A DNA stretch of 63,522 bases, filler included, from Octopus bimaculoides (lineage: Eukaryota): NCBI RefSeq assembly GCF_001194135.2. It is 3 parts of 3 records of this genome, joined end to end, with 100 filler letters (N's around TTAATTAATTAA, not from the genome) between each part and the next. Parts side by side here need not be neighbours in the genome. Positions count along the whole stretch, not along the records: positions 37,258 to 63,522 come from NC_068984.1; 2 more parts are not named here. The stretch is one strand, 5' to 3'. Positions 40,122 to 52,454 of the stretch are shown here, piece by piece (position 1 is the first letter of the stretch; every line of letters begins with the position of its first letter). Made by a program: the position numbers and the translations under genes. Below the pieces are notes generated by a model that saw nothing but the letters and a program-made list of their open reading frames with translations, had not been told where the DNA came from and ran no database searches.

Positions 40122-40510
40122 TCATCATCATCATCATCATCGTTTAACGTCCGCTTTCCATGCTAGCATGGGTTGGACGATTTGACTGAGGACTGGTGAA
40201 ACCGGATGGCAACACCAGGCTCCAGTCTGATTTGGCAGAGTTTCTACAGCTGGATGCCCTTCCTAACGCCAACCACTCAGAGAGTGTAGTGGGTGCTTTT
40301 ACGTGTCACCCGCACGAAAACGGCCACGCTCGAAATGGTGTCTTTTATGTGCCACCCGCACAAGCCAGTCCAGGGGCACTGGCAACGATCTCGCTCGAAA
40401 ATCCTACAGGAGCCAGTCAGGCGGTACTGGCAACGGCCACGCTCAAAATGGTGCATCTCATGTGCCACCCGCACAAGAACCAGTCCAGGGGCACTGGCAA
40501 CGATCTTACT
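40122..40510 (-). mobile_element. Young RTE-tail repeat (SINE-like or 5'-truncated), representative copy
   Basis: Plus strand (cat)n cgtttaacgtccgctttccatgctagcatgggttggacg...; other copies at about 5200-5720, 13508-13672, 14058-14190 (+), 36930-37157, 46345-46945, 47568-47755. Confidence 0.9.
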
Positions 40511-42279
40511 GTGTAATAACAATTGTATGATAGAACTGTACAGGATTCATTCTTAGTAAGGGTGGAACAAAATATCACCATCACCATTATCTTCACTTAA
40601 CATCCATCTTCCATGCTGGAATGGGTTGAACAGTTTGACAGGAGCTGGCAAACCAGAGTATTGCACCAGGCTCCATTGTCTGGTTTCTATCACTGGATGC
40701 TCTTCCTAACACCAACCACTTCACAGAGTGTACTAGGTGCTTTTTATGTGGCACCAACATCAGTGGGGTCACCACGAGTAACTTGCAAGATAAAGACCCC
40801 TCAGCTGGGAGAGGGAGTGGAACTACGGGAAGTGGCATTGTGCCAAGTGAGAGGTTAGAGTATAACAGAGGGATAGAAATAGGTATCTTACTATAGAAGA
40901 GATACCTGGCTACCCCAGTAGGAAAAGAGGGGAGAAGAAGTGTTAGAGAGAAAGATAAAGAGACACTCAGAGTGAGAGAGAGAAATAGATGGTGTTGGAG
41001 ATGCACTGAGACCTATCCACACATAGCAGTGGGGAGTGGAGTATAAGTGGCACAGAGTGGATAGAGGGGGATGTTCCATTAGAGAGTGAAGAAAGATAGA
41101 TAGAGATGAGAATGACATGATTGTAGCAAGTGATGAAGAGAGAAATTGGAGTGGCTAGTGGGGGACAGATATGGTAGATATATGAGAACATGCAGAGTAT
41201 CCAAACAGGCACATGAGGTAGAGTGGAAGAGCCTGCAGTGGGTAGTGATCATGTATATGTGTGTACGCGTATATGTACGAGGTGGGGCATGGCCTGTTAT
41301 GATTTTACTTATCTTGACGTGTCTTCTCAAGCACAGCAAATCACCAGAAGTCTCAGACCCTCGTCATCTCCTCTGTGAGGCTCAACATCTAAAGACTGTT
41401 TTTCACTACTTTGTCCCATGTCTTCCTCAGTCTCCATAGGTACCTTCCTCCATAGGTACCTTCCACAATTAGAGATCAGCACTTCTTTATGGAACTGTCC
41501 GCATCCCTGCACATCACATGACCATACCAACAGTCTTTTCTCTTGCATGTTGGACACACTCCCTTTACAAAATTAACATTTAAAAAATTCTCAACACATG
41601 TTTGTAATCTATGATTATATAGATTACAAACATGTATTGAAAATTTTTTAAATGTTAATTAAGGTAGATGAGTACTTCATAAACAAAAAACTACTCAAAA
41701 CATAAATGTGGTTCAGTTTTTCATTGTTTGTATTCAGTGACTAAAAGTAGAGTTCAAAAATAATTTAATTCTCTTAGAAGAGAGCATGTATTTAGAAGCT
41801 GTTTGGAATTGTCTTTGTCTTTTATAAAACTAGATTTATTTAATTAAGAATTATATTATCTGTGTCACATCTCCATTATTTTCTCTCTTGCTTTATTCGC
41901 CTCAATTTGTCTGTTGCTCTATACTCTTCAAACCACCATTTTTGATATCTTTCTTCCAAGCAATTCTTCACTTTTAGACCCTAATTCCTTCAAATCCTTG
42001 CAACACACAAAATTCATAATGGTTTTGTCATTTTTTTTTTCTCTTTTAGTATTTATATTTCCCCAACACCTTTTTTCTCTCTCATATGGACTTTATCCAT
42101 GTATCATTATGCTGAGAGGGCAAAAATTATCTGGCTGTTGTTAATGTTAATAGTGTAGCTGCGGAGGCAGCCAATGGATTTGTATACAATTCTGAGCATA
42201 TCTTTCATATTTACGAGTCATCTTAACTATAGAGATACATTCTATGAGTTCTCCTCTATTTAACTGTGTATTTATTTGT

Positions 42280-42928
42280 GAACTTCATTACAAAGAAGAG
42301 AGCTTGCTGGGGAAAGAAAGCAATCGGTTTAAAAAGACAGCAACAGACTGCGGCAATTCACCACATTCCAGAAGCTACTTTGAACATAATGTAAAATGGC
42401 GCATCAACATCTACTGCCCAATCTGATAGAATTCTGGCAGAACTGTGTAGCAACAGATCGCCAGCAATTGCGTCATCAGAAATTGCCGTCCNNNNNNNNN
42501 NNNNNNNNNNNNNNNNNNNNNNNNNNNNNNNNNNNNNNNNNNNNNNNNNNNNNNNNNNNNNNNNNNNNNNNNNNNNNNNNNNNNNNNNNNNNNNNNNNNN
42601 NNNNNNNNNNNNNNNNNNNNNNNNNNNNNNNNNNNNNNNNNNNNNNNNNNNNNNNNNNNNNNNNNNNNNNNNNNNNNNNNNNNNNNNNNNNNNNNNNNNN
42701 NNNNNNNNNNNNNNNNNNNNNNNNNNNNNNNNNNNNNNAATAATGTTACGCAAAACAGCCTTCAGACTTTCCCTATTAATTTCATCGTCTTTTGAATTAT
42801 GAACATATTTACATCATAGGAGTTTTTTTCGTTGTAAGGCTTTCTTTTTTAGTTGATTTTCACCTAGCAAGACTTATCATAGATGGTGTAATAAGTCACA
42901 CCCGGACAAGGTTGGGTTATACTGCTAG
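42280..42928 (+). mobile_element. Same Helitron family, 3' part
   Basis: Ends cccggacaaggttgggttatactgCTAG|T; 42280-42490 matches 48663-48872. Confidence 0.8.
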
Positions 42929-43599
42929 TATAATATATACAACAAATAAATACACAGTTAAATAGAGGAGAACTCATAGAATGTATCTCTATAGTTAAGA
43001 TGACTCGTAAATATGAAAGATATGCTCAGAATTGTATACAAATCCATTGGCTGCCTCCGCAGCTACACTATTAACATTAACAACAGCCAGATAATCTGTT
43101 GCTCATATCTAAACCAGTTGGCTCTATTGGAACCTGTGAACTCTATCAGAACCTGTTGATGTTAGTGGAACTCGGATCTGACTGTAATTCACCTACATTT
43201 TGTTTTTCTTACTTAGACCTTATTTTTCAGGGATTCTATGACTGGTTTTAAGAAAGGAGAGAGTCATCCATAAAAATATCAGTGTCTATTAATTGCACAT
43301 TGAACCTTTGCCCTGTCCCCAATTCCTAGGAGGGCAACACTGACTTATGCCAAATTTATCTTTGGTCTAGCAGACCTATGATCAAATGTATACCAGCTGC
43401 AATCATTTTGTATTTTATGCAGACATAAGTGTATCTAGGATTACATTATCCAATGCATCCTTTTTCTAAGTGGGAGATGTGGTTGCAATTTTTAACAGGT
43501 CAAGCATTCATATAGAGACTTCAAAACTGGCTTGCTAATATTTAGCCTCTTGGGAGACCTAGTGAAGCATATCTATAATTTGTTCAAGCTATGACTGAT

Positions 43600-44216
43600 C
43601 TCTAACTGTAGAGGAACCTGTGGTAGAGGTAGACCCAGGAAGACATGGAACGAAGTGATGAAGCATGATCTTCGAATTTTGAACCTCACAGAGGCAATGA
43701 CTAGTGACCGAGACCTTTGGCGATATGCTGTGCTTGAAAAGACCTGTCAAGTGAAATCGTAGTCATGGCTGATGTTGGTGTCACGTAACTGGCACCAAAC
43801 TGGTGGCATGTTAAGAATTCTGTTTGAGCATTGGACTTCACAGAGGCAAAGTGGCTGAGTACTTTTCAAGCATTGGGTCACACGGAGGTAAAGTGGCTGA
43901 GTTCCTTTTGAGTGTTGGGCCTCATGGAGGTAATAACCGAGACCTTTAGCATTGTCATGCTTGAGAATAAAACCCATCAGACCGAGCAAAATCGCAGTCA
44001 TGGCAGATATCAGTGTCAGGCAAATGGAAGCCGTGCCAGTGGTACATAAAAGCACCCATTACACTCTTGGAGTGGTTGGCATTAGGAAGGGCATCCAGCC
44101 ATATAAAACCATGCCAAATCAGACTGGAGTCTGGTGCAGCCTTCCAGCTTACCGGCCCTGGTCAAACCGTCTAACTCATGCCAGCATGGACAACAGACAT
44201 TGAATGATGATGATGA
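43600..44216 (+). mobile_element. RTE LINE 3' end with 3'UTR sub-repeats and (GAT)n tail
   Basis: GTCGRGRPRKTWNEVMKHDLRILNLTEAMTSDRDLWRYAVLEK followed by a UTR ending ttgaatgatgatgatga; an inverse fragment lies at about 41290-41560. Confidence 0.85.
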
Positions 44217-45089
44217 CCATCTTATCTTTTATTCAAACTGTCGGGTATTATTCAAGGTACCCTTCCCTATTCAGCCAACTCAAATTGCTACTGGGTGGGC
44301 TGTGTGTGTGTGTGTGTGTGTGTGTGTTTAGTTACATTTTATAGACTGGAATCTGTTTTGGGGTAGGATTTGTCTTTCATGTGTTAAATGCCACAAAAAG
44401 TCAAGTTAAATATGACTGTTGGCTCAACTGGAATTTGATACTATTAGAACCTGTCAATGCTATCAGAACCTGTTGATGCCATCTGAATCTGTTGCTCATA
44501 TCTAAACCAGTTGGCCCTATTGGAACCTGTGAACTCTATCAGAACCTGTTGATGCTAGTGGAACTCGGATCTGACTGTAATTCACCTACATTTTGTTTTT
44601 CTTACTTAGACCTTATTTTTCAGGGATTCTATGACTGGTTTTAAGAAAGGAGAGAGTCATCCATAAACTGAAGACCTAGCCTAAATGCTTTCAACAAAGT
44701 GGACACTCATGAACTTGTGTTCATGATACTCATGAATTAGGTGTTGTAGTTAAATTGAGAAATGGATTAAGTTAACCTCCAAAGAAGAGAAAAGGCCACT
44801 CTAATCAACTTCTATATAGTTTCCATGTATCAAATTAAACTCATTGGCTTTAGTTAACCCAAAACTATTGTAGCAGACATTTGCCTGATGTACTGGGCAG
44901 TAGAATTGCACTCTGAATCATGTAGTTGAGAAGTAAATTTGTTTATTATACATCTGTATGGTAGTAAGAGAGATAGAAACTCGTATAATGCTCCACCACT
45001 GCAGTATCTTTTTAACTGAAGAGATTAGAGATGTTGTTTTACTTATCCACTCAGTCTAGTTAGGTAATGGAATAGTAATTCAGCAAAGA

Positions 45090-46330
45090 AGTTTGAAGTG
45101 TTACTATGAAAGGCTGCTAAATGTGGAGAATGCATGGGAGAATGAGTGTCTACCTAATGTAGACCCAACAGAGAGACCAGCTGTCTGAACCAACAGTAGT
45201 TTGGTAGATAAAGCAATTAAGGATATGAAGACATGTAAAGTCCCCAGTCCGTTAGGAATCACCTCTGAGATGCTTAAAACATTTAGTGGAGTGGGATATG
45301 TCCTTGTCACCCATATAATGAATCAGGTTGCCCATGAGAAAGCCATACCCAATGACTAGGGTAGCAGTATTATAGTTACAGAGGTAAAGATGATGCCTTG
45401 GACAGAAATAATTACAGAGGTATCAAATTGCTGCACCAGGTGATGTAAATTAGAGAGAGAGTCATAGTTCAACTTATTAGGAAGAGAGTTAGCCTTGATG
45501 AGATGCAGTTTGGTTCTGTGCCAGGAAGAAATACTACTGATACTATTTTCCTGGTAAGACAACTGTAAGAGAAGCATTTGGCCAAAAATAAACCTCTCTA
45601 CTTGATTTTTGTTGACAAGCAGAAAACCTTTGACAGGGTCTCCCACTTCCTTATCTGGTGATCAATGCAAAAGCTAGAGACAGACAAGTGGTTGGTGAGA
45701 GCCGTTCAAAAACATGTACAGGGATGCTGTCACTAAGGTGAAAGTTGGCAATGAGTATAACAATGAATTTAGTGTACAGGTTCTCGGCCCCATCTTGTTT
45801 ATCATAGTCCTCCAGGCCATAACAGAGGAATTTAAGATTGGTTGCCCTTGAGAGCTACTCTATGCTGATGACCTTGTTCTTATAGCCAAACCACTATCAG
45901 AATTAGAGAAAAATTTCTGATGTGGGAGCAAGGTCTAGAATCAAAGGGCCTTAGAGTTAATTTAACAAAGACCAAAGTCCTAGTAAGTAGGAAAGTAGAC
46001 AAATTTCTAATCCCTTCAGGGAGATGACCCTGTTCAATATATAGAAAAGGTGTTGGTAGAAATTCCATATAGTGTACCCAGTGCAAGCTATGGACATAAG
46101 AGGTGCAGTGGTCTCATAGGAAGGTTAACAGAGAAAGCAGTCTTTGTATGTGGCAGATGTACAGGTGCAATAAACACTAAGAGTGTACAGGAAATAGACT
46201 TCCTCAAATGTCTGGGGAGATCTTTAGAAGTAGTAGATAGCTTCCGTTACCTAGGCAGCCAAGATGTCAGTGGATGAGGATGCTCTGAAAGTGTAGTTGA
46301 TAGAATGAGAATGGGCTGGACAAAGTAAGA
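45090..46330 (+). mobile_element. RTE-clade LINE reverse transcriptase fragment
   Basis: RNYRGIKLL, MQFGSVPGRNTTDTIFLVRQL, KTFDRV, ELLYADDLVL, VDSFRYLG motifs; same family as 2960-4090. Confidence 0.9.
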
Positions 46331-47897
46331 GGCATCAGATGTAGTCATCATCATCATCATCATTGTTTAACGTCCACCTTCCATGCTAGCATGGGTTGGA
46401 CGATTTGACTGAGGACTGGCTAACCAGATGGCTACACCAGGCTCCAATCTGATTTGGCAGAGTTTCTACAGCTGGATGCCCTTCCTAATGCCAACCACTC
46501 CGAGAGTATAGTGGGTACTTTTACGTACCACCGGCACGAAGGCCAGTCACGCAGTACTGCCAACGGCCACACTCAAAATGGTGTATTTTACGTGCCACTT
46601 GCACAGGAGCCAGTCCAGCGGCACTGGCAATGACTCACTCGAATGTCTTTTCACGTGCCACTGGCACAAGTGCCAGTAAGGCAATGCTGTTAACGATCAT
46701 GCTCAAATGGTGCTATTTATGTGCCACTGGCACGGAAGCCAGACATCTACTCTGGCAATGATCACACTCTGACTGTGCTCTTAGCGCTCCACTGGTACAA
46801 GTGCCATCGCGATTTCACTTTCACTTGCCCCAACAGGTCTTCGCAAGCCGAGTTTAGTGTCTAATGAAAGAGAGGTTGGCATGAGTGCCAGTCATCGAAT
46901 TTGGTTTGATTTCGATTTTACTTGCCTCAACAAGTCTTCGCACAGTTATGGAAATAAAAACTGGTTTGTATTTGCAGTAAAAAACAAAAAGATCCAATAC
47001 GGAGTGAAAATTATGATGTGTATGAATGAGAACTGGATTTAGTATCTCCACATTAAATGAATTTTGCGAAATTTCTTTCACATGAAATTCTGAAAAGTAA
47101 ATTGTTTAATTGTTGATGGCCATTCAAATCAAGTTAAACTCTGATAGGGTGAAGCAAAATATGAAATCGTGTTAACCAAAAAAAATGTATATAATGTCTG
47201 TATTATATATATACAACAAATAATGTACAGAGTAACCATAAAATCTGAATACTAATAGTAGAAACCATGTTGAAAATATTATTCATTAACGTAGTTGAAT
47301 AAAATTATTGAAATTATCCATTTTCGCTCATGTATCCAGACTTTATGGTCATCCTGTATCTTTTCTATAAAAGGCAGATTTTTCTCTGTGTGTGTGTGTG
47401 TGTGTTGAAAATTCATACATTTACACAATTCCAACTTTCTTGAATGAAAGAATCGTAATTAATATTCTAAATACCATAACTTAGGTCACAGCGTCATTTT
47501 TTCCATCAAAATAACACACAATTACCAATAAAATCCATTAAACTACACAAAATAACATTTCCCCCTCATCATCATCATCATCATCGTTTAACGTCCGCTT
47601 TCCATGCTAGCATGGGTTGGACGATTTGACTGAGGACTGGTGAAACCGGATGGCAACACCAGGCTCCAATCTAATTTGGCAGAGTTTCTACAGCTGGATG
47701 CCGTTCCTAACTCCAACCACTCAGAGAGTGTAGTAGGTGCTTTTACGTGTCACCCTCAATAGAATCTAATTTACTCTTTCTACTACCTTTACAAATCCTT
47801 TCAATTCCTACTTTCTCTTATGAACCTTTACGAACAATCCAACAACAAATACAAAAAGAAAGGAAGGAAAAACACTGACAGTAAAAGAAAAGTCCCA

Positions 47898-48962
47898 TCT
47901 TAATATATGATGCTGAAGTTGTGTATCTGTGTGAAGCCTTTTTAAAAGTTTATAGAAATCAACATTTTCCACTTTTTCGTAAAAATTTTTTACATCAATG
48001 GAATTTTCTCTATCTGAACTTTCGTTTACTTTGTGTGATTTAAGGGAGATTTGGCTGTTGTTTCTAGCAGCTTTTATATTTCTTCCCTTCTACCTGTACC
48101 AGCGTTCTTGCACATCGATCACATGCTCAACATATAATATAGAGGGTGGCAGTAAGAGAGGGAGGGAGAGAAAGTGATACATACAAAGTCATAGATTAAC
48201 TTGCTTTAGGACTATTCTTTCCTTCTACCTTTTCACTCTTACTTCATTCTTCTTCCTCTCTCCCATTTCATATCTTTCTTCTACCCCTCTACGTCTAACA
48301 TATTTTTCATAACATACAAACGTAAAAACACACACAACCACACATTATGTGATCTGTGACAACAACATACACAGAAACACATACACACATCAACATTATA
48401 GATATAAGATTTAGTTTCTGTGTGTTTCTTATATAAACATGCGCACGCATTGCTATTTTATAACTGTCTTCCGTTCTCCCTTCCTCTCTTTCTCTCTCTT
48501 CATTTCTCCCATTCTCTATTCCTTTCTCCCCATTTTCTCTTGCTCTCTCAAACGCATACATGCGCACGTACACACAAGCATTCATTACAATATAACTCAT
48601 GTTTGTCAATGTTTTGTAAATATACAAACTACTGAGCTTATGAACAACACATTGCAAATCAGTGAACTTCATTACAAAGAAGAGAGCTTGCTGGGGAAAG
48701 AAAGCAATCGGTTTAAAAAGACAGCAACAGACTGCAGCAATTCACCACATTCCAGAAGCTACTTTGAACATAATGCAAAATGGTGCATCAACATCTACTG
48801 CCCAATCTGATAGAATTCTGGCAGAACTGTGTAGCAACAGATCGCCAGCAATTGCGTCATCAGAAATTGCCGTCCTACCTCCTGTGAAAAGGGATTACCC
48901 TGCTATGTATGATCAAGGCAGCGCAAAAAGTTGTTTTGCACAAGCATTTCTATAGCCAATTA
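47898..48962 (+). mobile_element. Same Helitron family, 5' part
   Basis: Begins A|TCTTAATATATGATGCTGAAGTTG; inverse of 35330-36021 and 34580-34677; 3' terminus absent. Confidence 0.8.
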
Positions 48963-49370
48963 ATGGTAGAAAATAGGTCACTTTTGAAAACATTTTGTTT
49001 TAATGTTTATAATAAATTTTTGTTCAAAGTTTTTAAATATTCATAGAAATAAATTTCAAGATAATATAATAAAATTAAAACAATATTCAAAAGTTCTTCA
49101 AATTTTATTATTTCAATTTTTTCAAGTGACCATTTATTACAATTGAAGCATTTTTTTTTTTTTGCTAATGATGTCTAAGGGGTTACAGAAAAATTGAAGA
49201 TTCCAAAGGAGAAGTGTTAACTTTAAAAAACGTTGGGAAACATGAACCTAAATAACAGCAACAACAAAAGCAAATACATAAACATAAATCTCTTAAACAT
49301 AACAAAATTATAAAGTCAAAGAAATGTTTAAAGCAACAACATCACCACCACCAAAAACAAAAACACTTAC

Positions 49371-49527
49371 AAATGGCAGGTTGCAATTTTTCGTTGGTAA
49401 TCATCAGATTTCATCATTTCCTCCACTTCATCTTTTGTAAAGTTTTTTCCTTGTTTGTCTTCATCTGTATTTGTGTTTGGGATGGAATAATATACAGTAT
49501 TGTTCCTAGGACCTTCCAGGAGCTCAT
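49371..49527 (-). CDS. Pino: Pinocchio-like protein, upstream exon
   Basis: 157 nt, tttcag acceptor, gtaagt donor; ELLEGPRNNTVYYSIPNTNTDEDKQGKNFTKDEVEEMMKSDDYQRKIATCH; its phase-2 end (TT) joins the A starting the 38038 exon to give ...ATCHLCRECWF, completing the first CxxC. Confidence 0.8.
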
Positions 49528-49989
49528 CTGAAACAAACATACAGCTTAATTTAAAACACAATATCAATAACACACACACACCCTCAGTCTCCTATCCAAC
49601 ATAGGACAAAGGGTTTTATTTTTTAAATGTATAAATAAAACATTATTAATACTGAAAATACATCAAGAATACTTCACTTCCTCAACACCGAGAATTTGTA
49701 AGCAAAATGTTTTATTCACCCACATTCTCTATATTACAAATACTTCACCAACTTATATATTCATTATCTCTCAACAGGAGAAATACGACTTTGTGAAACA
49801 TCAACTCTTTTGCAAGGTTACTAAGCTTCCACTCCCCTTCTTTATGCCTATCTCATCAGTAGAGATTCACCAAAAGTAATTCACTAATATTACAGTCAAT
49901 TAGAAATCTTACATTCTTTTCTTTACTCAGTTATATTACTCCAGAACTTTATCAAAAAGACATGGTTTAAGAGTGTTCCAGGACAAAAT

Positions 49990-50790
49990 GGTTGTATCAA
50001 TTGTACAGTGCAAAAAGCTGGTGTACCAGGTTACATAAAAGTGGCTATGATCTGGGATGCCATACAGACAACAAAGGGGAGAGAGGAAAGTAACCTAGCA
50101 CTCTTGTGACTTGATCTGGCAAAAGTTTTTGGGTCAGCTCCTCACAAACTGGTTGAGAATGTCATGGAACTGTTCTGGATCCTGCAAGAAGTCTGCAAAA
50201 TGATGATGGATAACTATGGCAAGTTTTATATGTGGTTTACCATGAAGGACTTTACAATGACTTTGCAGAAGCTTGAGCTGGGAATTGCAACTGTGTGTAC
50301 AGTCATATGGTTCATTGTTGGAATGGCAGTCATCCTACAAGGTACAATGATCCACAATTGTGACATGAAAATCCACTCTCCTAAGAAAGCTTTCATGGAT
50401 GCTATAGCATTGTCAGCTAGGCATAAGAAGTTAATTGTGAGAAGTCTGTAAAGACTGGATGAGCTGATAAGCTGGGCAACAATGTGTCTTAAAACAAAGA
50501 AATCACACAATGTAACACTCATCAGGGGAGATAGAAAGAAGTGAAGTATAATATTGTGGAAGTTGTACCTACAGTAGCAGGAAAGCCTGTGAAGAGTCTG
50601 GGGAGACTGTATTGCAGATCACTTAACAACAGAGGCAAGGGGATGAGAATTCAGAAAATGGTTGCTGATGGCTTCTCTGGTGTTTGCAACTTGCTCTGTG
50701 CTTCAGACATCATCAGACATCAATGGCCACTGATGTATGAAGTTGCACTGACATTGTTTGCAATAATTGAACAGAAATGTAACATTTATA
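49990..50790 (+). mobile_element. Degenerate HERO/NeSL-like non-LTR retrotransposon RT fragment
   Basis: QKAGVPG, LDLAKVFGSAPHKLV, LDELISWATMCLKTKKS, GKPVKSLGRLY motifs; clade assignment tentative. Confidence 0.6.
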
Positions 50791-50879
50791 TCCACAAGTA
50801 GCCAAGATTGCTACAGGCCTTTGCATAGATCCTTTAGTAATATCAATCCCATTAATAGTAGAGCAGTACAAATGCACTG

Positions 50880-51190
50880 AGGGTAATAAAAATCAAACAT
50901 CCAGTCAACAGCATGGTATTTGGAGTGATCACTTCTGATGGTGACATTATGCCTCCATTCATCTTCCCATACGGCCTCAGACTCAACATGAGGACCTACA
51001 TCAAGTGCCTGGAGGAGGTAGTGCTGCTTTGAGTCAAGAGGAACCTGCTGCAAGACCCTATGTCTGGCAACAGGACTCTGTCCCATGCTACACACGCAGG
51101 GGAACCCAGTCATTGCTGTCAGACAATTTCTTTAACTACATCACCCCTAACATCTGGTCACTTAAATCACAAGACTGCAACCCATTTCAT
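50880..51190 (+). mobile_element. Tc1/mariner transposase fragment
   Basis: MVFGVITSDGDIMPPFIFP, YIKCLEEVV, YVWQQDSVPCYT, WSLKSQDCNP. Confidence 0.75.
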
Positions 51191-51353
51191 TTCATACTAA
51201 CGGCTACAGCACATCTTCTAAACAAAAACTACGAAAATAATTTAGTTTGTCTACACACTACAAAATTTTCATTTTCCAAGTATAATTAAATATTTACTAG
51301 GACAGAGTTAGCTCCCTCTTCACAAAAACTTAGAGTTAGTACCTTTTACTTAC

Positions 51354-51375
51354 ACTGCCGGTGCCATAAAACCAT
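51354..51375 (-). CDS. Possible first coding exon of the pinocchio-like gene (MVLWHRQ)
   Basis: ATG GTT TTA TGG CAC CGG CAG T|gtaagt; phase 1 matches the 49527 acceptor; in-frame stop upstream; no homology support. Confidence 0.3.
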
Positions 51376-52049
51376 ACATCCGCTTCATTTAACAACATTC
51401 ACATGTGGAATGCACTTGACCAAGATTGGAATTACGGACTTAAACATCACCCACCCTACCTCTCCTTCGCAGAAATATCATTAAACCCGATTTCGACTAA
51501 ATGTAAGACTCACTAAACCTTACCTCTATTCCCACATCACTATATGCATTCTTTTACATAAGTATATCCTCCATCTCTCACACCATGTATTTAAACAGAC
51601 TTTACAGTATTTTGAAGAGATCTGCCAATTAAATTCGCAAATTGAAACGATCGTAAATGTAACATTACATTATCTCTACCTAATTGATTAAATTAAAGGC
51701 TAACTAGAGCAATCGCCCTGCTTCTTCCTGTGTTTGTTTCTCCATTCTCTACATGATTATATGGATATCTATATACATATATATAATCATGTAGAGAATG
51801 GAGAAACAGATACATATGTATGTATATATATATACACGCACACATATATATGTATATATATACATACATATATATATATGTATATATATACNNNNNNNNN
51901 NNNNNNNNNNNNNNNNNNNNNNNNNNNNNNNNNNNNNNNNNNNNNNNNNNNNNNNNNNNNNNNNNNNNNNNNNNNNNNNNNNNNNNNNNNNGGGTATTCA
52001 CATTGACATTACACATCCAACGGAGCATATATATATATATGTACATACA

Positions 52050-52216
52050 TATGATGGGCTTCTTTCAGTTTCCATCTACCAGATCCACTCACAAGGCTTT
52101 GGTCGGCCCAAGGCTATAGTAGAAGACACTTGCCCAAGGTGCTACGCAGTGGGACTGAACCCGGAACCATGTGGTTCGTAAGCAATCAACTTACCACACA
52201 GCCACTCCTACGCCTA
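52050..52216 (-). mobile_element. CORE-like SINE family, representative copy
   Basis: Plus strand ...ctatagtagaagacacttgcccaagg...gggactgaaccc; similar copies at about 11640-11870, 12400-12570, 20950-21184, 33900-34040, 44800-44950. Confidence 0.75.
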
Positions 52217-52420
52217 GCATGTGTAGATGTGAGGTGATGTGGCTATTATTTGATTGAAGGTCAAAGTCACTCATACCCAAATAGTGCAGTTGCAAGGGAT
52301 GCGGCACTGGCTGGTTGGTATATTGTTTCTTGTTGAACAGACATTTCATATACTTAAAGCATATATCTACAGATATACATTCCTGAAGAGACATCGTTAT
52401 GACCATACACACACATGCAT

Positions 52421-52439
<19 letters not shown>

Positions 52440-52454
<15 letters not shown>

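Noticed and set aside
46500-46800. Regularly spaced ~60-bp units resembling a CRISPR-like array (also 5390-5600, 40300-40500)
   Set aside because: Degenerate tandem sub-repeats inside the RTE 3'UTR; no unique spacers or cas genes; eukaryotic context
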